From contig CAYSKA010000002.1 of the NCBI GenBank assembly GCA_964431505.1, positions 1 to 28,052 on the forward strand: a stretch of 28,052 nt of DNA, written 5' to 3'. The notes beneath the pieces were generated by a model, which saw only the letters and a program-made list of their open reading frames with translations, had not been told where the DNA came from and did not search any database. Made by a program: the position numbers and the translations under genes. Below are positions 27,265-28,052 of the stretch, piece after piece. The first letter of the stretch is position 1. The number at the start of each line of letters is the position of its first letter. The stretch comes from an uncultured Oscillospiraceae bacterium (GTDB taxonomy: Bacteria; Bacillota; Clostridia; Christensenellales; CAG-138).

Positions 27265-27480
27265 CCTCTACTTTCTCTTCCTTTCCCCGTTGTCAAGGTA
27301 AAGAAATTACGGAGCAGGCATAGGAAGCGTGGCCGCACTTGCGAAAAATGACTTGTTGGTACTGCTCCCAAACTTTTTTTGTTTTTTCGGATGACTATTC
27401 ATAGGCGTGTCCCAAATGAGGTGGGCAATTAACAGGAAACATGTTACAATCTTATCAAGAGAAGCGGACTGGGACACAAT
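27265..27480. mobile_element. Possible relic of a Clostridia mobilisable-element non-coding region at an island edge
   Basis: Pyrimidine tract followed by CCCCGTTGTCAAGG...GGAGCAGGCATAG...GCACTTGCGAAAAA; 8-bp inverted repeat GTGTCCCA/TGGGACAC; AT-richer sequence downstream. Resemblance is from recall only. Confidence 0.3.
27422..27450 (+). promoter_or_regulatory. Extended -10 promoter of the methyltransferase gene
   Basis: TGGGCA-N17-TACAAT with TGn (TGTTACAAT). Confidence 0.5.
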
Positions 27481-27506
27481 GAATTGATATTTGATGAGGT
27501 AACAAA

Positions 27507-28052
27507 ATGGAAAATAGTGCAACGGGATGGGAACGTGACAGAAGAAATCATTTTGATGAAATCGTCGAAGATTATGACAAAATAAGGCCGGAATATCCTG
27601 ATAGATTATTTGAAGATGTTATTGCATATTGCGGACAGGATAAAAGCAAAAGAGCGATTGAGATAGGGGCCGGGACGGGAAAGGCAACTGCTCCTTTCCT
27701 AAATGCAGGTTATGATATAACAGCCGTGGAATTAAGTGAAAATATGTCGGAGTTTTTACTTAAAAAGTTTGTGGGCTATAAGGGATTGCGTGTAATCACT
27801 TCCACATTTGAGGATGCTGTATTGAATGAAGATAGCTACGATTTGATATATGCAGCTTCCGCTTTCCATTGGGTAGATGCTGAAACCGGATGTCCTAAAG
27901 CCTTCCGTCTATTAAAAAATGGTGGCACTATTGCTTTATTTCGCTATAATTTGATCGCGGGCGATGGTGATCAACTGTATGAGGAAACTCAATCAATATG
28001 TGAAAAATATTATTACAGCTATTATACATCAGACAAAAGACCAGTAAAAAAG
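27507..28052 (+). CDS. Class I SAM-dependent methyltransferase (runs off the window end; not in the ORF track)
   Basis: GAGGT SD; MENSATGWERDRRNHFDEIVEDYDKIRPEYP..., motif I IEIGAGTG, AVELS, YDLIYAASAFHW, LLKNGG; 182 codons open to the window edge. Confidence 0.92.
   Translation, partial: MENSATGWERDRRNHFDEIVEDYDKIRPEYPDRLFEDVIAYCGQDKSKRAIEIGAGTGKATAPFLNAGYDITAVELSENMSEFLLKKFVGYKGLRVITSTFEDAVLNEDSYDLIYAASAFHWVDAETGCPKAFRLLKNGGTIALFRYNLIAGDGDQLYEETQSICEKYYYSYYTSDKRPVKK

Noticed and set aside
27307-27522. 71-aa minus-strand ORF
   Set aside because: Overlaps the methyltransferase promoter and start, has no SD; likely a spurious reading of non-coding DNA.

Overview
Core chromosomal window of a spore-forming Clostridia-class bacterium (inferred from yqfC/yqfD, Firmicutes-type rpoB/rpoC and the yqfC-yqfD-phoH-pgpH-ybeY-cdd-era-recO gene order). 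Layout: (1) rpoB-rpoC plus an uncharacterised Cys-rich two-TM protein, closed by a terminator; (2) a sigmaA-driven operon of a stand-alone GlmU acetyltransferase half, an alpha/beta hydrolase, a membrane-anchored MurF-like ligase, a Ddl-like ligase and icd, with a NagR/dre-like palindrome upstream; (3) an ECF sigma/ZAS anti-sigma/membrane-protein module with an operator-like palindrome inside its promoter and an anomalous start; (4) an unannotated ~300-nt region with the ordered sequence hallmarks and pairings of 6S RNA but a much enlarged apical domain holding a terminator-like hairpin; (5) the yqfC-era operon, an inverted yqzL-like small gene missed by the ORF track, recO and a convergent dGTPase; (6) poorly coding DNA and the AT-richer edge of a probable acquired segment with a truncated SAM methyltransferase. 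No rRNA, tRNA, CRISPR array or transposase was seen. All family calls are by eye from motifs; no searches were run.
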